Assembly (NCBI RefSeq): GCF_001194135.2
Contig: NC_068995.1
Location: forward strand, 18,072,267 to 18,136,266
Origin: Octopus bimaculoides
Taxonomy: Eukaryota
Length of the DNA: 64,000 nucleotides
Reading direction: 5' to 3'
Part shown: one piece after another, positions 1 through 14,930 of the stretch
Layout of the letters: every line of letters begins with the position of its first letter
Position numbering within the stretch: position 1 is the stretch's first letter
The notes under the pieces: model-generated
The model's input: the letters and a program-made list of their open reading frames with translations, nothing else
Told to the model about the DNA's origin: nothing
Databases searched by the model: none
Program-made: the position numbers and the translations under genes

Positions 1-32
<32 letters not shown>

Positions 33-263
33 CTGGATATGTGGATATATGCTCTCTCCATTGTTTTTATTTTCAAAATAGTTAAAATGAAAATTTCTCC
101 AATTGAAAAATCTGACTGTGTTTACATTTTAGTTCTTTCTATTATGACGAGTAATCTAGTGGCAGCTCAGAAAATATTTCATTCGTTTATTTATTTTTGC
201 TACTTGTTTGGCATAATTCTTGTTTGTTGCACAGAAGTTCTAAAGTAGACATATTACAATGCC

Positions 264-339
<76 letters not shown>

Positions 340-485
340 TAATAATAATAATGATAACACAACCACCACCACTACCAGCAACAACAGCAATAATAATAAT
401 AATGATAATAATAATAATAAAAATAATAATGATGACGATGATGATAGCGATAATAGTATTAATATTAATATTACTAATAATAAAA
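264..485. repeat. Compound trinucleotide microsatellite (AAT)n with AAC/ACC/AGC/GAT variants
   Basis: Read directly from the sequence; it produces the poly-Asn, poly-Leu and poly-Ile ORFs in the track. Confidence 0.97.
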
Positions 486-2273
486 ACACCAATATTCAAC
501 AAAACAGTGCTTCCCATATTGTAACTCTTTTTTTTTTTCCATAGAGGCAATATATTTCAAAATGTTCCTAAGTGTTTTAAATCCTATTAATTATTTCCAT
601 TTTACTTGATATTAATTTAATAAAAGTGAGTTTTTCCTCTCGTAGATAATTATAAACACTATCTGCAGGCCATTTGGTAGATAACGTTTAATTTAATTAA
701 TTTCTACCTATATTTATATTTTATTTCAAGCATCTGTCTGATTTTATATTAATTTATTTTGAAAACTGTTATATTGATTTCAAGCATTTACTTTGCTTCT
801 GAATAGATTTCAATGTCATGTATTGCTTATTAATCGCTCTCAGTCATTTTGAAATATCTCACAAAAATATACCTTTCTTGTAAATAGGAATTCCATTTTT
901 AAATTGAATTTTAACTGCAGATTTCATGATGTCTTTGTGTATATTTACAGTATATTCTATTTGTGTTTTACCTCTTTCCAATATACAGATGATTTTTATA
1001 GCTTGATTTAGTTTTCGGCTTTAATTAAGAATGCAATTTTTGATTTTGATTTGTCAAATATTTCCTATGTCTTCAATTAAGCAATGTTTTGATGTTTCAA
1101 TAAAACTCTTAGCTTAAGGTATGACTATGTTAAACTAAAAGAAAAGATATTAAGCACACAAATCCGACAGCAGACGTGTATATATTTTCAATGACGTTGA
1201 ATTTTATAAGCAATATGTATCATTTCACAAATAAACCATTCTATACTTAGAACAAATCTCAAATTATATGGGAATAGTTTGCGTCTATTGGTACGTATAT
1301 CCTGATAAATAACGTTCCCAGTATATATCGGTATCTATGCTACGATGTACAGCATTATAAAACGGGATATGAAATCTGTGAATCACGTGGTAAAATTTTA
1401 TATTTAGATAACGAATGCAAATTGAATGATTTACATTTCAATATGAGATAACAATGCAGATTTTTATTTCGGACGTTAGTTTTTATATATAAAACAATGA
1501 TGATAATTTATTACAATGTGTGAAAATCAACGGCTTGAAGCTAGTATTTACAATTCGTATGAAATCTAAGACGATAACTAAAATTGATTAATAAATACCT
1601 AAGTTATTCTTAATAAAAACTATATTGTTTTGAATTCTGTCATACGTAGAATTATTGAACCATATGGTTTTCCGAAATTTGATATTTTGTGATCAAAGTT
1701 GCTGTCGATCAAATCAGGAATATTCTTCTTCGAAATTATTGGTTACGAATTTATTCTAGAAATCAATATTAAGCATTAAGTGTTGTTTGCTAGATCTTCA
1801 GAATTTTTACAGTTAACATTCATGACTAAAAGTGATTATGATTTACTTATATCAAATCCTACAAAAAATCATATTGTATGAATTAACGAAAGGAGTTCAT
1901 AAACTCTATAGCGATATGCTTAATCGAGTGTCCAGTTGTCTTCTACAATATATTCACTATACATATATATGTATGTGTGTGTGTGGGAGCGTGTCTGAAA
2001 CCTAGAACACCACGTGCATGCATACCACACATTTACAAGTACACACACATATGTTATATATATATATATAGAAAAAATTGTAGTTTAGAATCAATAGTTC
2101 TTTGACTGCTATTTCTAAATTTTCAGTATGTTGGAGAAGCAACTCAATGCTAATCCCTGTATATTTATGATGATAAATGGTTTTACCGATAAAGGTTTTT
2201 TCATACTGAACTACTTGGCAAAATTGTTAATTATTAATTCTATTATTAATTGACGATTCCCTGCCCTTATTCT

Positions 2274-2275
<2 letters not shown>

Positions 2276-2339
<64 letters not shown>

Positions 2340-2445
2340 GGTGTGTGTGTGTGTGTGTGTATGTGCGTGTGTGTGTGCGTGTGTGTGTGTGCATATATTA
2401 TATATACACACACACACACACACACACGCGCGCGCATATATATAT
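2276..2445. repeat. Compound dinucleotide microsatellite (TA)n-(TG)n-(TA)n-(CA)n-(CG)n
   Basis: Read directly; a near-continuous alternating purine-pyrimidine tract. Confidence 0.97.
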
Positions 2446-2461
2446 AATATATTGGTTCAGA

Positions 2462-2625
2462 TTTTAGCACAAGCCCAGCAATTTCAAGGTATTGTGGTAA
2501 GACGATTACAACAACCCCAGTTTTCAACTAAGGTATGTTTTGTCGATCGAGCCTGAAAGAACGAATGTCAAAGTCAACCCCAGCAGAATTTCCGTACACA
2601 ACGTAACGGCGGACAAAATACCGTT
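2462..2625 (-). mobile_element. tRNA-derived SINE family A, degenerate copy
   Basis: ttttagcacaagcccagcaattt ... gatcgagcctgaaagaacgaatgtcaaagtcaaccccagcagaattt aligns by eye to the better family A copies at 30724 and 35651. Confidence 0.7.
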
Positions 2626-4499
2626 GGTAGAGTAACTTTTCCTTAGCAGCAATTACGCTTCTTTTTTTTCTTTAAAATGCAAATAGTTGTTTCCCAGCAG
2701 CATCAATAAACCATCATAGTTTTTTTCAGTAAAGAGTGGTTAGGATGATGCCTCCATGATATCCATAGTATCCGCAGTTTATTTCTGGACATGATATTTT
2801 TGACATAATAAATTGTACAGATTCATATAATTTAAAGAGCAAAGAGCATTGGATATACATTCCGTGGTGGGAGACTATCAACTTAGCTTCTTCATACGAA
2901 TCATCAGTGAATGAAGGACTTCATATATAGAAGAGATGACTCATCATCTATGTCTGTTGTCAGAATGGGTTGCAGAAGATAATGGACAGTTTTGTTATCA
3001 GAAGTTTGTGCATGTTTGACACTCGATTAGAAGGAGGGATGTGAGGAATTCTGCTGTTCTCCTAGAAGTATTTGAAAACATATAAGACACGAGTTTTATT
3101 TTGTTTCCCATAGTGGTATATTCTATCGGTATGTATATCGTCCAGAGAGGAAATGGCCGTCCCTGAAATTTCATCACATTTCTCATGTGATTAAGAGATA
3201 GCGATCGTTGCTGAAAATCATGTTAAATATTTTTTATTGGGTATCAAATGTGAATCCTTCACCTTCACTTTCTAGGAATAATGTGAGCAGGAAGCGGTTC
3301 ATTGGGACAATTGAAAGTCATTGGAAATGAAAGCCACCAGAATGAGAACGAATTAAAAAATCTGAAAACGATCCATATTCATAATAGATTATCACACACA
3401 TATTTGGCAACAAATCAGGAATCAACTAATTCTATGAAGGAAACGAATCTGACACTCTCCCATTTTCAGCTATTCAGTTAAAAAATATGCAGATGAGAAG
3501 AGAATACGAAGAGATTGTTGGAACAATTTAAGCATATTTTAAAGTCTTAAACTTTATGGTACCTAAAACGCATTCATTTAAATCATTGTGTATTTTTATT
3601 AACAGGTATGTCGACAATTTGCCTGTGCGTTTCACCTCAAAGCATCTGAGAAAACCACAATAAAGAATGTTCCGAGATATCTCCTCATCCAGAATCACAA
3701 TTGTCTGATATCAGCTGCGACGTTTATTTCATTTTTCTTTTCTGCTAGAAGTAGTACACTTCCCTTCCTGCAAAACAACCATAGTCAACTTCAGCAGAAA
3801 ATGGTTTCTACTTAATCTTTTGAACATCATGCGTCAAATCCTCGTATCGGCTTTTATTCCACACTTGAAAGATGCTAAATTTTTCTTCTTAAAATATAAG
3901 GTTAACAATAAAATATCTTTCAGAAATACACTTTGCCCTTTTTTCCACTACAGCACCATATCGCCAATATTACAGGTATGGAGTAGATCCAGATATTTAT
4001 TTCGAAGTGGTTTCGAAACTGTTAGCTCTTTAAATATTTCTCTAAACTGAATTCCATAGATGAAGAAACGGCTATTTTCTTGAGTGTAATTAAGGCCTGT
4101 CGATTCGTTGTATTAATGTAATTATTATTGCTTCGTCCGGCATGCTGATTCTCTACTCGCAATTGTTTGGAACATCATCAGTCGCTGGTTGTCAAAGATG
4201 TTTCACTATAGCTTTGATTAAGTACTTCTTGGGTTCGGAACAGGTCGGTTGCAGAAATTCATAACTAATATTTGTAAATCATAAGCGCATATGTGTCCAC
4301 ATAATTAATATATAATTTACTTTACGATGTGTAACAGTCGCTTCATTCACTTTGGAGAGATAAGTTATGTTAGAAAACGTTAAAAATACTATATATATTT
4401 CGATATATTGATAAGATATATGAAATCCTGTTAAATGCTGTTATGAATATATATATCAATGCGTAGTTATATGTATGTAGGTAGATAGATAGATGGATG

Positions 4500-4515
4500 G
4501 AGAGAGAGAGAGAGG

Positions 4516-4553
<38 letters not shown>

Positions 4554-4684
4554 AAAAGAGGCAAGTAGATAAAGATATGCGTGATTGCTCTTGGGTGTGT
4601 ATGAATATATGTGCATCTATGTATGCATATATATAATTATATGCGTATATATGTGCATACTCCGGTGAGTGTCTCTCTCCCCTC

Positions 4685-4756
<72 letters not shown>

Positions 4757-5000
4757 CAGAACGCATATTTAGTATCAGCTTCTTTCTGCGTTTTGATATA
4801 CTTCGTGTATTAGTTTTGTTCTCTTCATCCATTTTTATCCGTTTCCTCTTTATTTTTTCTTTCCCTTCCTCTCGTTCTACAGATACACCTACGCACACAG
4901 ACACACATATAGCACTTACTCAGTTCCTCTTCCCCAATGTATTTTCTCTCATTTACCTCTCAAATAAATCTACATTTACAGTGAATGGCATGGATAAACG

Positions 5001-5044
<44 letters not shown>

Positions 5045-5784
5045 TGTATATGCATATATATGCATATATATATATATATGTATATAAGTGTAAACTCATA
5101 TACGTATATTCATATATTGACTAAAATATACGTATGCCTGTGTATGCGTTTGTGTACGGATATACATATATTAACTTGCAAATATATATGTTTGTGCGTA
5201 TGTATATGCATATAAAGTACATATATGCACGTGTATATTAAAATGGAACAAGTCCAAAATTTTAGACTAACTCACTAAATACAAGACATCACTAATATTG
5301 CATACAAAATTGACAAGAAAAGAGAAATACTATTTATTACAAATGCAATATATCTTGTAAAAAATCTCGGAGTATTGCCAATCGCCCATACAACGAAAAT
5401 GTTGTCTGCGATGTTGGTTACAAATTATGGGGTCTCTAGTTTGCAATAAGCTACCACTATTTCCTGAGGCTTTAAGCTGGAAACAATGAAACGACTTTAG
5501 TTCGTGTACTAGTAACGTAAGATGGTATCGAAGTCCCTGACTTTGGTCAATTTGTTATTAAAAAGCGACCGTTTCTTTGCCAGTGGCGTGTCGTTTCCAG
5601 TGGACAGAACAAAAGACTGTTATTTAGCCGCACAAATACGAATAAAGGTGTTGCCAAATTTTTCTCTGAAAATGAAGTAAGTATGTATATATACATATAT
5701 AAATAATATTTGTGTGCGTGAGTTTCTACGCACGAGTTTGTATACAAACAAAAGCATATGCGTTTGTCTATATGTATATGCGCA

Positions 5785-5839
<55 letters not shown>

Positions 5840-6441
5840 TAGTATATTACGTACATATATGCATACATACTTATGTGTATATGTATATGCATATCTATAT
5901 ATGTATGTATGTGTGTATGTATATATATATATATATATGTGTGTCTGCGCATAGACATATATACATATATATGTGTGAGTGTGTGTATACAAACATACAC
6001 ACAAACATACGCACGCATTCACACATACCGGTACACACGCACACACATATTCTTAGATGTTTACATATTTATTTATGGAAAATATTGCCTCAAGGAGGTT
6101 TTGATCCATTTTGGAATCAAATATCAGCGTTTTATTCGTTTCCTTTTCATGTAATGTAAATATTCGTTATGTTTGACTATTATATACAAATATGCTTTAT
6201 GGTATAGTATATATTTCCCAAATTCGGTCATAAATGCTCACTCAACACCAGACATAGTCCTACGTACACATGTACGCACGCACAGACATACATACACACA
6301 CATAAATATATTCAGATATGGTGTCTTTGCATACATTTTTCCTCTTTTGATGTCTGTTTGATTGTGTATGTCTCGATCACATTCGAATAAATACTCACCG
6401 ACGCATGGCAAGTATTTATTCGAACGTGAATACAGAGAGAT

Positions 6442-6507
<66 letters not shown>
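4500..6507. repeat. Cluster of (GA)n, (CT)n, (TA)n and (TG/CA)n microsatellites
   Basis: Tracts at about 4500-4560, 4684-4755, 5005-5080, 5788-6050 and 6440-6508. Unique sequence is interleaved at about 5230-5700. Confidence 0.9.
5522..5676 (+). other. Weak candidate exon, product unknown
   Basis: ATG at 5522 opens MVSKSLTLVNLLLKSDRFFASGVSFPVDRTKDCYLAAQIRIKVLPNFSLKM, ending at a consensus donor AA|GTAAGT (5677). A second frame is also open. No recognisable homology. Confidence 0.2.
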
Positions 6508-6508
<1 letters not shown>

Positions 6509-6734
6509 NNNNNNNNNNNNNNNNNNNNNNNNNNNNNNNNNNNNNNNNNNNNNNNNNNNNNNNNNNNNNNNNNNNNNNNNNNNNNNNNNNNNNNNNNNNN
6601 NNNNNNNNNNNNNNNNNNNNNNNNNNNNNNNNNNNNNNNNNNNNNNNNNNNNNNNNNNNNNNNNNNNNNNNNNNNNNNNNNNNNNNNNNNNNNNNNNNNN
6701 NNNNNNNNNNNNNNNNNNNNNNNNNNNNNNNNNN
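6509..6734. other. Assembly gap (N run)
   Basis: N characters flanked by (GA)n and (TG)n. Confidence 1.
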
Positions 6735-9700
6735 ATATGTGTGTGTGTGTGTGTGTGTGTGTACACCCCCACCCTACACCCACACATATTAATGCATGTA
6801 TTTTATGTTAAATTAAAATGAAAACATTTTCACATTAAACTGAAGGATTATTCTATACTCTTTGTTTAGTACAAAACCATAGTTGAACGGGAAGAGTATT
6901 GAGAGTGATGTCGATTGTGCAAAATTTAAGTTAAATATTCCGGGAAGATGGCGTTGAATGATTATCAGGTTGCTGGGTAGGTTTTTGATGGAGAAGTGTT
7001 ATGGAAACATGTTATTCATTAAGTTTGGGGTGTGCTATTTTTCATAATGCATTCATGGATGTAGAAATTCGTAATTAGGTGTGTCTACTTAGGTGTGTCC
7101 AATTCAGGTCATTGCGTTGATTCTTAATGGGGTCTCAAAACGTGTAACGACGTTTGCTCGTCAGATGGTGTATAATTAGATTTAGTTTTTGTTGGTTTTA
7201 TTTGGATGCTACTACTCTTAGTTTGGGTGCGGAAAGCTGAAAGGTCAGAATTCAGTCCAGTGTTTAAAACTTTGTAATTAGATGCGTGCCAGTATATCTC
7301 TCTCATTTTCCTATGTATCTCAGTTTACTTTATACAGTCTATATTTTACTTACACAATAGGGTAGGTCGTAGTTTGAGTGTCTTACGATTATTTGATCTC
7401 TAGGAAATCAACCCGTCGTACAATCGTTTCATGATCATTAGACTGTAAAAGTTGGTTGTCAGGATCGCTAGATATTTGGCACTATTAGAATCCGATACTT
7501 CGTGTGCTATTTCTGGTAGAGATTTTACACATACACATGGTCAATTACTCATGTTACACGAATTTATATTGACATACACAGTTTTACTCGAAACGTGTCT
7601 CTGTTAATTTTTATGACACAAATGAATTTACGTTCATTTGCATTAGAAGGACGAAAGCAAAAATAAATACGATGATATTATAATTGAGCCAAATTACATA
7701 ATCGCACAGTATGCTGTTTCTTCCATTAAATGCCCGCAGTAATGTTATTCAAATGATTAGATCTCATCTGAGCACAGGTGGTTATCCTTTTATTTTAGGA
7801 GGTGTAAAGGAAGTGATATCGATTATAATGCAAATTTACTTGAGCTCGTAATTAATATTTAAAAGGCATTAATTACAAAGTCTATAATCAGCCCACTCTA
7901 AGACAGGGCCTATACGTCGAGATAGAAATTTAATGATACACATTCTTGTAGATATAATTCAGAGGTAAATCTGTTATAGTATACAGAATACTGTCGCTTA
8001 TGTTTCTTGAATAACGCCTACGTTATTTTTGTTTATATCTAGGAATATATAGAAATTATAATTGTCATATTTGGAAGAAGCAGGATATATTTAAAATTTA
8101 GTAAAGGGGAGAATAATTGTTTCTATGCTAATCGGTTTCTTCAGGGCATTGAATGTTGAAAAGACAAGGAAGGAGGTTATCTTTAAAATAAGTGCCTCAG
8201 CTAGATTCTTGAAACTCACGCAAGTCCGCTACAGTCTCCCACAGACCTGATATTCCTCTTACATCTTGCACCCTAGACACAAAACACATTGAGCAGAAAA
8301 AATAGCACAAAGTAGCATATGTGATCATCAATCAATACCAGCAATCCACAAACATGGATTGGTTAATTCTATTACCGACATAAAATGGATGAATATCAAA
8401 GTTTATCTCAGTAGCACTTGACATTTGCGCGCATAGATTGGAACAAACGCCACAAGTTGTTTTTGCTTTGCCCTCAAACAAATCAGCCATTTCCCAAATC
8501 TAAATACAAAAAATTATAAATATTTAGAAATAATTGTATATTTGCGTGGATGAGTGGACACGACCATTGACTGAGGACATTAAACTGTCACAGTGCAGCA
8601 TTAAAGAATAAATAGAGACGCTATAAATATATTAACTGTTGCTGAAGGTCTTTAGTTCCACATCAGTTCTAATTAAATAAAATGTAAAGATTTTAATTCG
8701 TGTCATGAACATCTACTTCTCAGATATCACCTCCTTGGACAACAGGTGCCAAGGTTAATTTTATCTAGTACCGTCCTTTTTGTAAGGTGATATTACGTGG
8801 TTTCAAGTAAGTGTGAGTTATTTCTAACTTCTCGAAAGTCGACGCTGCGTATCTTGTGATCAATCTTTCAGGTAATAGTGTCATTTAAAAGAGATATGGT
8901 TATTTTCAGCAGATTCCATCATCATATGGAGGCTTCTACGTTTGTCCCTATTCTATTGGTTTGTATAGGCGGCACTAAAAAATAATTTTCATCATAAAGA
9001 CAAAATGGTATATCTATTCGTTTATTTGGTGAAACTTACAACAGCGATTTCTAGAATAATCCGCTTCTGTCAGTCGCTATGTGTATCTGCAATATAACAC
9101 TATTCAGTACTTAATAAACGAAACAACACATACTTCTATTATGGATCAGTTATTATAATGTCTACGACCAATGCTCTCTAGATTATTTAAATTAATAGCT
9201 TTGTTAAATCATATGTAGCTGACTGAGGATTATATTGAGTGAATATAATTTGCGAGCTTTATGAAACATTATAGGAGCAAAATCGAAAGGCACTTTAGAT
9301 ATTCTTAAATTTGAACATACACCGTTACAAGAAACAAATATAGACACTGTGGTGCTTGGTATTGCTCTTCTATACAATGCAATAAATCAATAATTTTTGC
9401 AAGTCTACTGTTTTTACTCTAGGCTAATAATCTTAATATCAAATTTGAAATACATTACTATAATATGAAATATATTGAAATGGTCTGATAGAGAAGACGC
9501 ATGCAGTGCGTATCTCTGCCATCTTCAAATAATCATATCATCGTGATATATTTGAAATCGTTTAATGTAAAATGTTTTTCAATTAAATATAATTTTATGA
9601 AAATTTCATTTATTATCGAGTTTCTTATATATTCGAAGCAGAGCAGAGTTCACATGTTTACTAATTATAGTTCCGAATTAAGGTCGTTAAGATTTTAAAA

Positions 9701-12243
9701 CAAATAGATTTATATTATCTTTCCTGAATCTAATGTATATAAATGGAGCTTATGTAGAGAAATACAGTTTTATGGGAATCATTGAAATGAATCTATGGGT
9801 AAAGATTTCCAAAGACGCTCATCAGTTCTAAATCTTATTTTCTTATGCCAAGCAAAATCTCAAGTTGTCAAAACAAAACAGTATATGAAATTGAAAAGAT
9901 TAAAAGAGAAACTTGGGATTGTTAATCATAGTTATGCGTAACAAAGCTATTCATGAATCTCTTACCTATGCTCATTTAGCAGTATGTATTATATTACAAT
10001 TTTTCATAATCTGCGACGCACTTCGATTGTATTTCGAGTGTGACAGAGCATCGCGATACAATGAGTGAGAAAGCAGAATGTATAACGTGTACATGTCCGA
10101 TTTAAAAAAAATGCACCTTAGAAAGCCTTTAATAATTTCTCAAGTTACGAAACATTAAAATACCATGCGTGGTATTTAAAATGCTTTCAAGATTCATGCA
10201 AGGGGATCAGTATACCTCCGCTTAGAAAAGGAAGATCTATTTTTTGTTTTTTTGTATACAACTTATATAATAATCCCTTTTTGTGTACATATGCATCTAG
10301 ATTCACCATCTATGTCCTACATGGTAACTACTTTTTCATATTACAATGTGATGTATTCCAAGTTTCCGCTGTGCAAAATGCCAACAAACTACACAGCAAT
10401 GACTATATTTTTCTCATGTTATAACACCATTTAAAACTTAGTCTATTATATTTCTTATCAAATAGCAGTCATCCAAATGAACTAAAAATAAAAACCTTTG
10501 CAAATGTAACAATTTAAATCATATTAATTTCTTAAAAACAATAATAAATAATATAATTAGCAAATCTCTTGGAAATAGATTCATTACTTTTCGTTATTTA
10601 ATATCATTCCGAAAAAGTTAATAATAATTTAAAATTAAGAAATTGAAGTAATAAATGAGAAATTGAGAAAAAAAAAACAAATGAGAAAATTGCCAATAAC
10701 TACGCGCTAAAGTTTATAGCTATAATTGTATTATGATATTAATTGAAGTCGTACACTGGAAAATCGAGATTATATATTTTACAACAGGTTAAGACATTTC
10801 ATTTCCTGACTTTTATTTTAGGAATTTTTTAACATTGATTGAATGAATTAATAGCCAAAGAATTAGTAATTGCATAACGAGTCGTGTCTATGCAAAACCA
10901 TGGTGCCATAAATGATCCTGAAGAGTTGATTTAAAAAAAAAAAATTGTCTAAAACTATTTAAATGTGAATTTTTCAAGCGACATTTGCAGACAAATGATT
11001 AGTATCATAGACATGCATTTATGCATTTCGTGATCAGTGATAATGATATCATAATAGACGATATAGATGACCTACACAACATTTAAAACATTTTTCATGT
11101 AAAAAAAAAAACGAAATGAAATTGGAAAAATATCTTCTTAATATTAAGTGCTGGAAGGAATTATGTTTTAGAAAATTATTAGAAATATTAACACAGTTTG
11201 CCATTATATGATTTCCTCCCTTTATGACATTTTAACTTTTAAATCATAGTACTATATATCTCTAGAAGAGAAATTTGGCCATTTCTCTCTTATACAGTGT
11301 ATAAGTTTATCCATTCATTAAATCTGTTCAACGACTCATATTCCTCGACTGTAGCAATGGCATATGCATCATTCCACCAATTTCATAGATATAATATAGC
11401 TACATGATTCTGATTCTCTTTTAATTGATATGATTCATATATTGTAGGTTTAATATAATCCCCGCTAGATTCTATTTAATTTTATATGATTTACATGCAA
11501 AATGTAAAAAAAAATTATATTGTAAACTTACGAGATATACATAATTTACGTAAATGTATTTGCTATAGATTTTATTTTTACTTTAGAGGAATAAGAGATG
11601 CATTTTAAATTTGCTGTATGTTGTAAATATAGATTCTACTTAATTGTACCAAGATATGAATAACGAACTGCATTATAAAATGCATGAAAAACTTTATATC
11701 ATATGACATGTCAGGTGAGAGGCATTAGAAACTTAATCTCTATAAAATATTGTGGGCGTTTAACATAACGTGAGATATCATCTAGTAATAACGGAACAAA
11801 CTTATGACGTAATATTATTTTACAATTGAAGAAAACCGCACAATTCGTTCCTATCTCTTATTGTAAAACATATATCTCACAGAAACACAATTCTTACACA
11901 AAGAGTTTCAAGATATTAGTACAGAATATAATATATATATTTTAGTTATAAATATTAAGTTAAACACGCAGACAACTCACATACAAATAGGATTGCGTAC
12001 AAGTAATGATTTATTTTGTTGAACAAAATTAGTGCCCTCATTACAAATCAGAGTAAAATATTTATGATTAGAATATACCCCTTCTTTTATGATACAACGG
12101 AAATGTTCAGTTTTAGATTCTTTGAAACACTATTTAAGTATGAAAATAAAGCTCTTCTAAAAGTATATTGTTTCGTTAAAATGTGGTGTTAGAAATAATT
12201 ATCATTAAGTAAAACACTGTATGCAACATATGCAAATATTGTT

Positions 12244-12412
12244 TTCTAATTTTGGCACAAGGCCAATAATTTGAGTGTAGGTGATAAGTCGATTACAACC
12301 ATCCTGATTTTCCACTGCTATTTATATTATCAACCCCGAAGGATGAAAGGCAAAGTTGACGACCTCGACAGAATTTGAACTGAGAACGTAGTGACGGACA
12401 AAATGCTTAGCA
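12244..12412 (-). mobile_element. tRNA-derived SINE family A, partial (head truncated)
   Basis: ggcacaaggcc ... atcaaccccgaaggatgaaaggcaaagttgac ... gaatttgaactgagaacgta; the reverse-complement B-box-like GAGTTCAAAT motif is present in degenerate form. Confidence 0.85.
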
Positions 12413-13649
12413 GGATATCATCTTGCTTGCTAACATATACAAATATTGATATGAATTTCAGTAACATTTCAAGAGTAATTAAAAGCAGAAAGGGTGAACT
12501 ACTTAGTAGAACATAGAAGATGAAAGTGTTTAAACGTACTATTACTAATAAAGAGTGTATTTTTTGAAATTGGGCGCAAAGAATATATTTGAAGAGCTTA
12601 AGTTCGTAAGGTATCAATAAAAATATTATAATGAATTATTGGTGCTGTTCATTAATCCTGAGTTATGAATAAAGACCCTGAGGATAAACCTTGTAAAAGT
12701 AAATTATTGTTCAATCCCAACATGTACAAGAATCGTTCGGTGAAATATTGTAGCAGGCATAGTTGCGTAGGTAAGTAATGTAGTGATTCGGTAAGTATTT
12801 CCACAATGACTTGTGTAGACGCGATCGTTATAATTGAAATTCGGAAGACAACACCTGTTGTAGTAAATCGAATCCAATGAACCGTACTTTTATTTAACAT
12901 TTCCAGCCTTTATCACTCAGAAGAAAAAGCAGATTCTACCTGAGGATTAAGCTAAATCTACTTGGCTGTTGGATACGCAAGAATATCATGCATTGATTCA
13001 AACATCATTGATTCTATCAACAGGAGACACTATTTCACCAATATCATCTTGTCAAAATCACAACATTTCATGAGATATTCTGATCTTTCTTTCAGTTTGT
13101 ATGTCGATTTCTTCAGTTTTGTGATGTTTGAGGCTGTTTTGGATTTACAAATCATGAATATTTTCGACTGTGTTTGCATGTACTTTAGTACATGTATATG
13201 TTATTTTATAGCAAAATAAGAAGCATGAATATTTAGGTGGCAGCCTATATGTTGCTTATTTCAACACTAAATAGATGATATTGTAACGGTGTAGACAGGG
13301 TACAGATGATGGTCTCATATGTATAAATGTGAATCAGTCATATTAAGAAGAGTTTGATTTTCGATGTAAGGAAATATTAGCATAACATGAGGATAAACCA
13401 AGGATTACGGCATATTACCAATATATGATTTCACACATATATTATTACACAAAAATCTTCATAAACGTATTCATGAATAAACAGATAGATACTTATGTAA
13501 ATAAAGTACAGAAAACTAGGCAAAATTCTGGAGAGAGGTAGAAAGTTATGAAATTAAGCAGGTGAAGCTCGATATATATGTGTATATGTATCTCAAACAA
13601 CTTTCTGTTTAGAATTCTGACGACATGAGTTTTCCGAGTCATTACATGT

Positions 13650-13757
13650 ATGTATGTATATATCTATCCTTCTATCTATCTATCTATATATGAACATAAA
13701 TACATACCCACACACACACCTACACACACACGCACACACACACACACACACACACAT

Positions 13758-13792
<35 letters not shown>

Positions 13793-14930
13793 CACACATA
13801 TATATGTATAATATATTTGTGTGTGTGTATGTATATATGTATACGTCTGTTTATAAATGCGTACTTTCATACATACATGAATACATACATAAATGCATAC
13901 ATATACATACATTCAGTAGAAATACTTATCAAAATAAATAGATACAACGATAGACAGATATTGAGATACAGGCATACATATAAACGTAATTCCTCTTTTG
14001 TATAATATTTATAACAGGTTGGCTTACTTTAACTCTCTTACACTTGTTTTATTCAGATGAAAGTGACAGATTGATCTCTTATACGTAGTGTAGGATCTTC
14101 ATCATAGTTTATTCTTTCATAATCTGTATACTTCGGAGACTTGTTTCAACTATTCTGTTATTCATGCATAGATAGCAATCCATTTGTATATCTCTATTAG
14201 ATCTATAGCGAACTAATCCCAACTGATGTATATATGTATAAAGCATGGCTGCACCTATCACACTTAGTTTCTCCCAGTACACATCTATACATTAGCAGTG
14301 ATGATATACTGGTACTACCTCACCACTTCCCTGCTAACCTCCTCTTTGTATCTTCATATATATATATATAACATATACATAAATATATATACATACATAT
14401 ATACATGTGTGTGTGTGTGTGCGTGTGTGTGCATACAAAGACGCAGACGCACATATACACAAACAGACACATACGCATATAAATCTACACAGAGAGAAAG
14501 AGAAATATGTAGATGTAGACGGATAGCGAAGAGAGATAGTGAGATAAAATGCAATGATTTCTGACTCTGACGTTACTATGAATACACACACATTCGCACA
14601 TATACACACGCACACACACAGAGAGACAAACACACACATACACACACACACACACACACGCACAAACACACACACTCACATACACACACACAATTTATTG
14701 TTTATATTTTTCTCCATACAAAGCTAACTCACCACCAAATACACAGACGGGCTATCTCTCAGACGTCACATACATACATATACACTTAGATATACATATA
14801 CAAAAAATTATGCATATATACTTAAAACTATGTAAACATATATTCCTCCCACGTCCTTTCCCCCTTGAATGTAGTTGTATGTGTGCACGTATGTATGTAT
14901 ATATATATATATATATATATATACATACAT
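13650..14930. repeat. Low-complexity (CA)n/(TA)n/(TG)n field
   Basis: Read directly; source of the HTHT and CVCV ORFs. Confidence 0.9.

Noticed and set aside
187-550. Poly-Asn, poly-Leu and poly-Ile ORFs of 98-115 aa
   Set aside because: They are translations of an (AAT)n compound microsatellite, open in several frames on both strands, with no flanking coding context.
7131-7164. Minus-strand CTGACGAG-CAAACGT..ACGTTT hammerhead-like motif
   Set aside because: The closing G-C pair and the GAAA box are absent (TTGAGACC), and stems I and III are not evident.
12652-12900. 82-aa minus-strand ORF and opposite-strand donor-like sites at 12771 and 12790
   Set aside because: No homology, no convincing acceptor, and conflicting strands.
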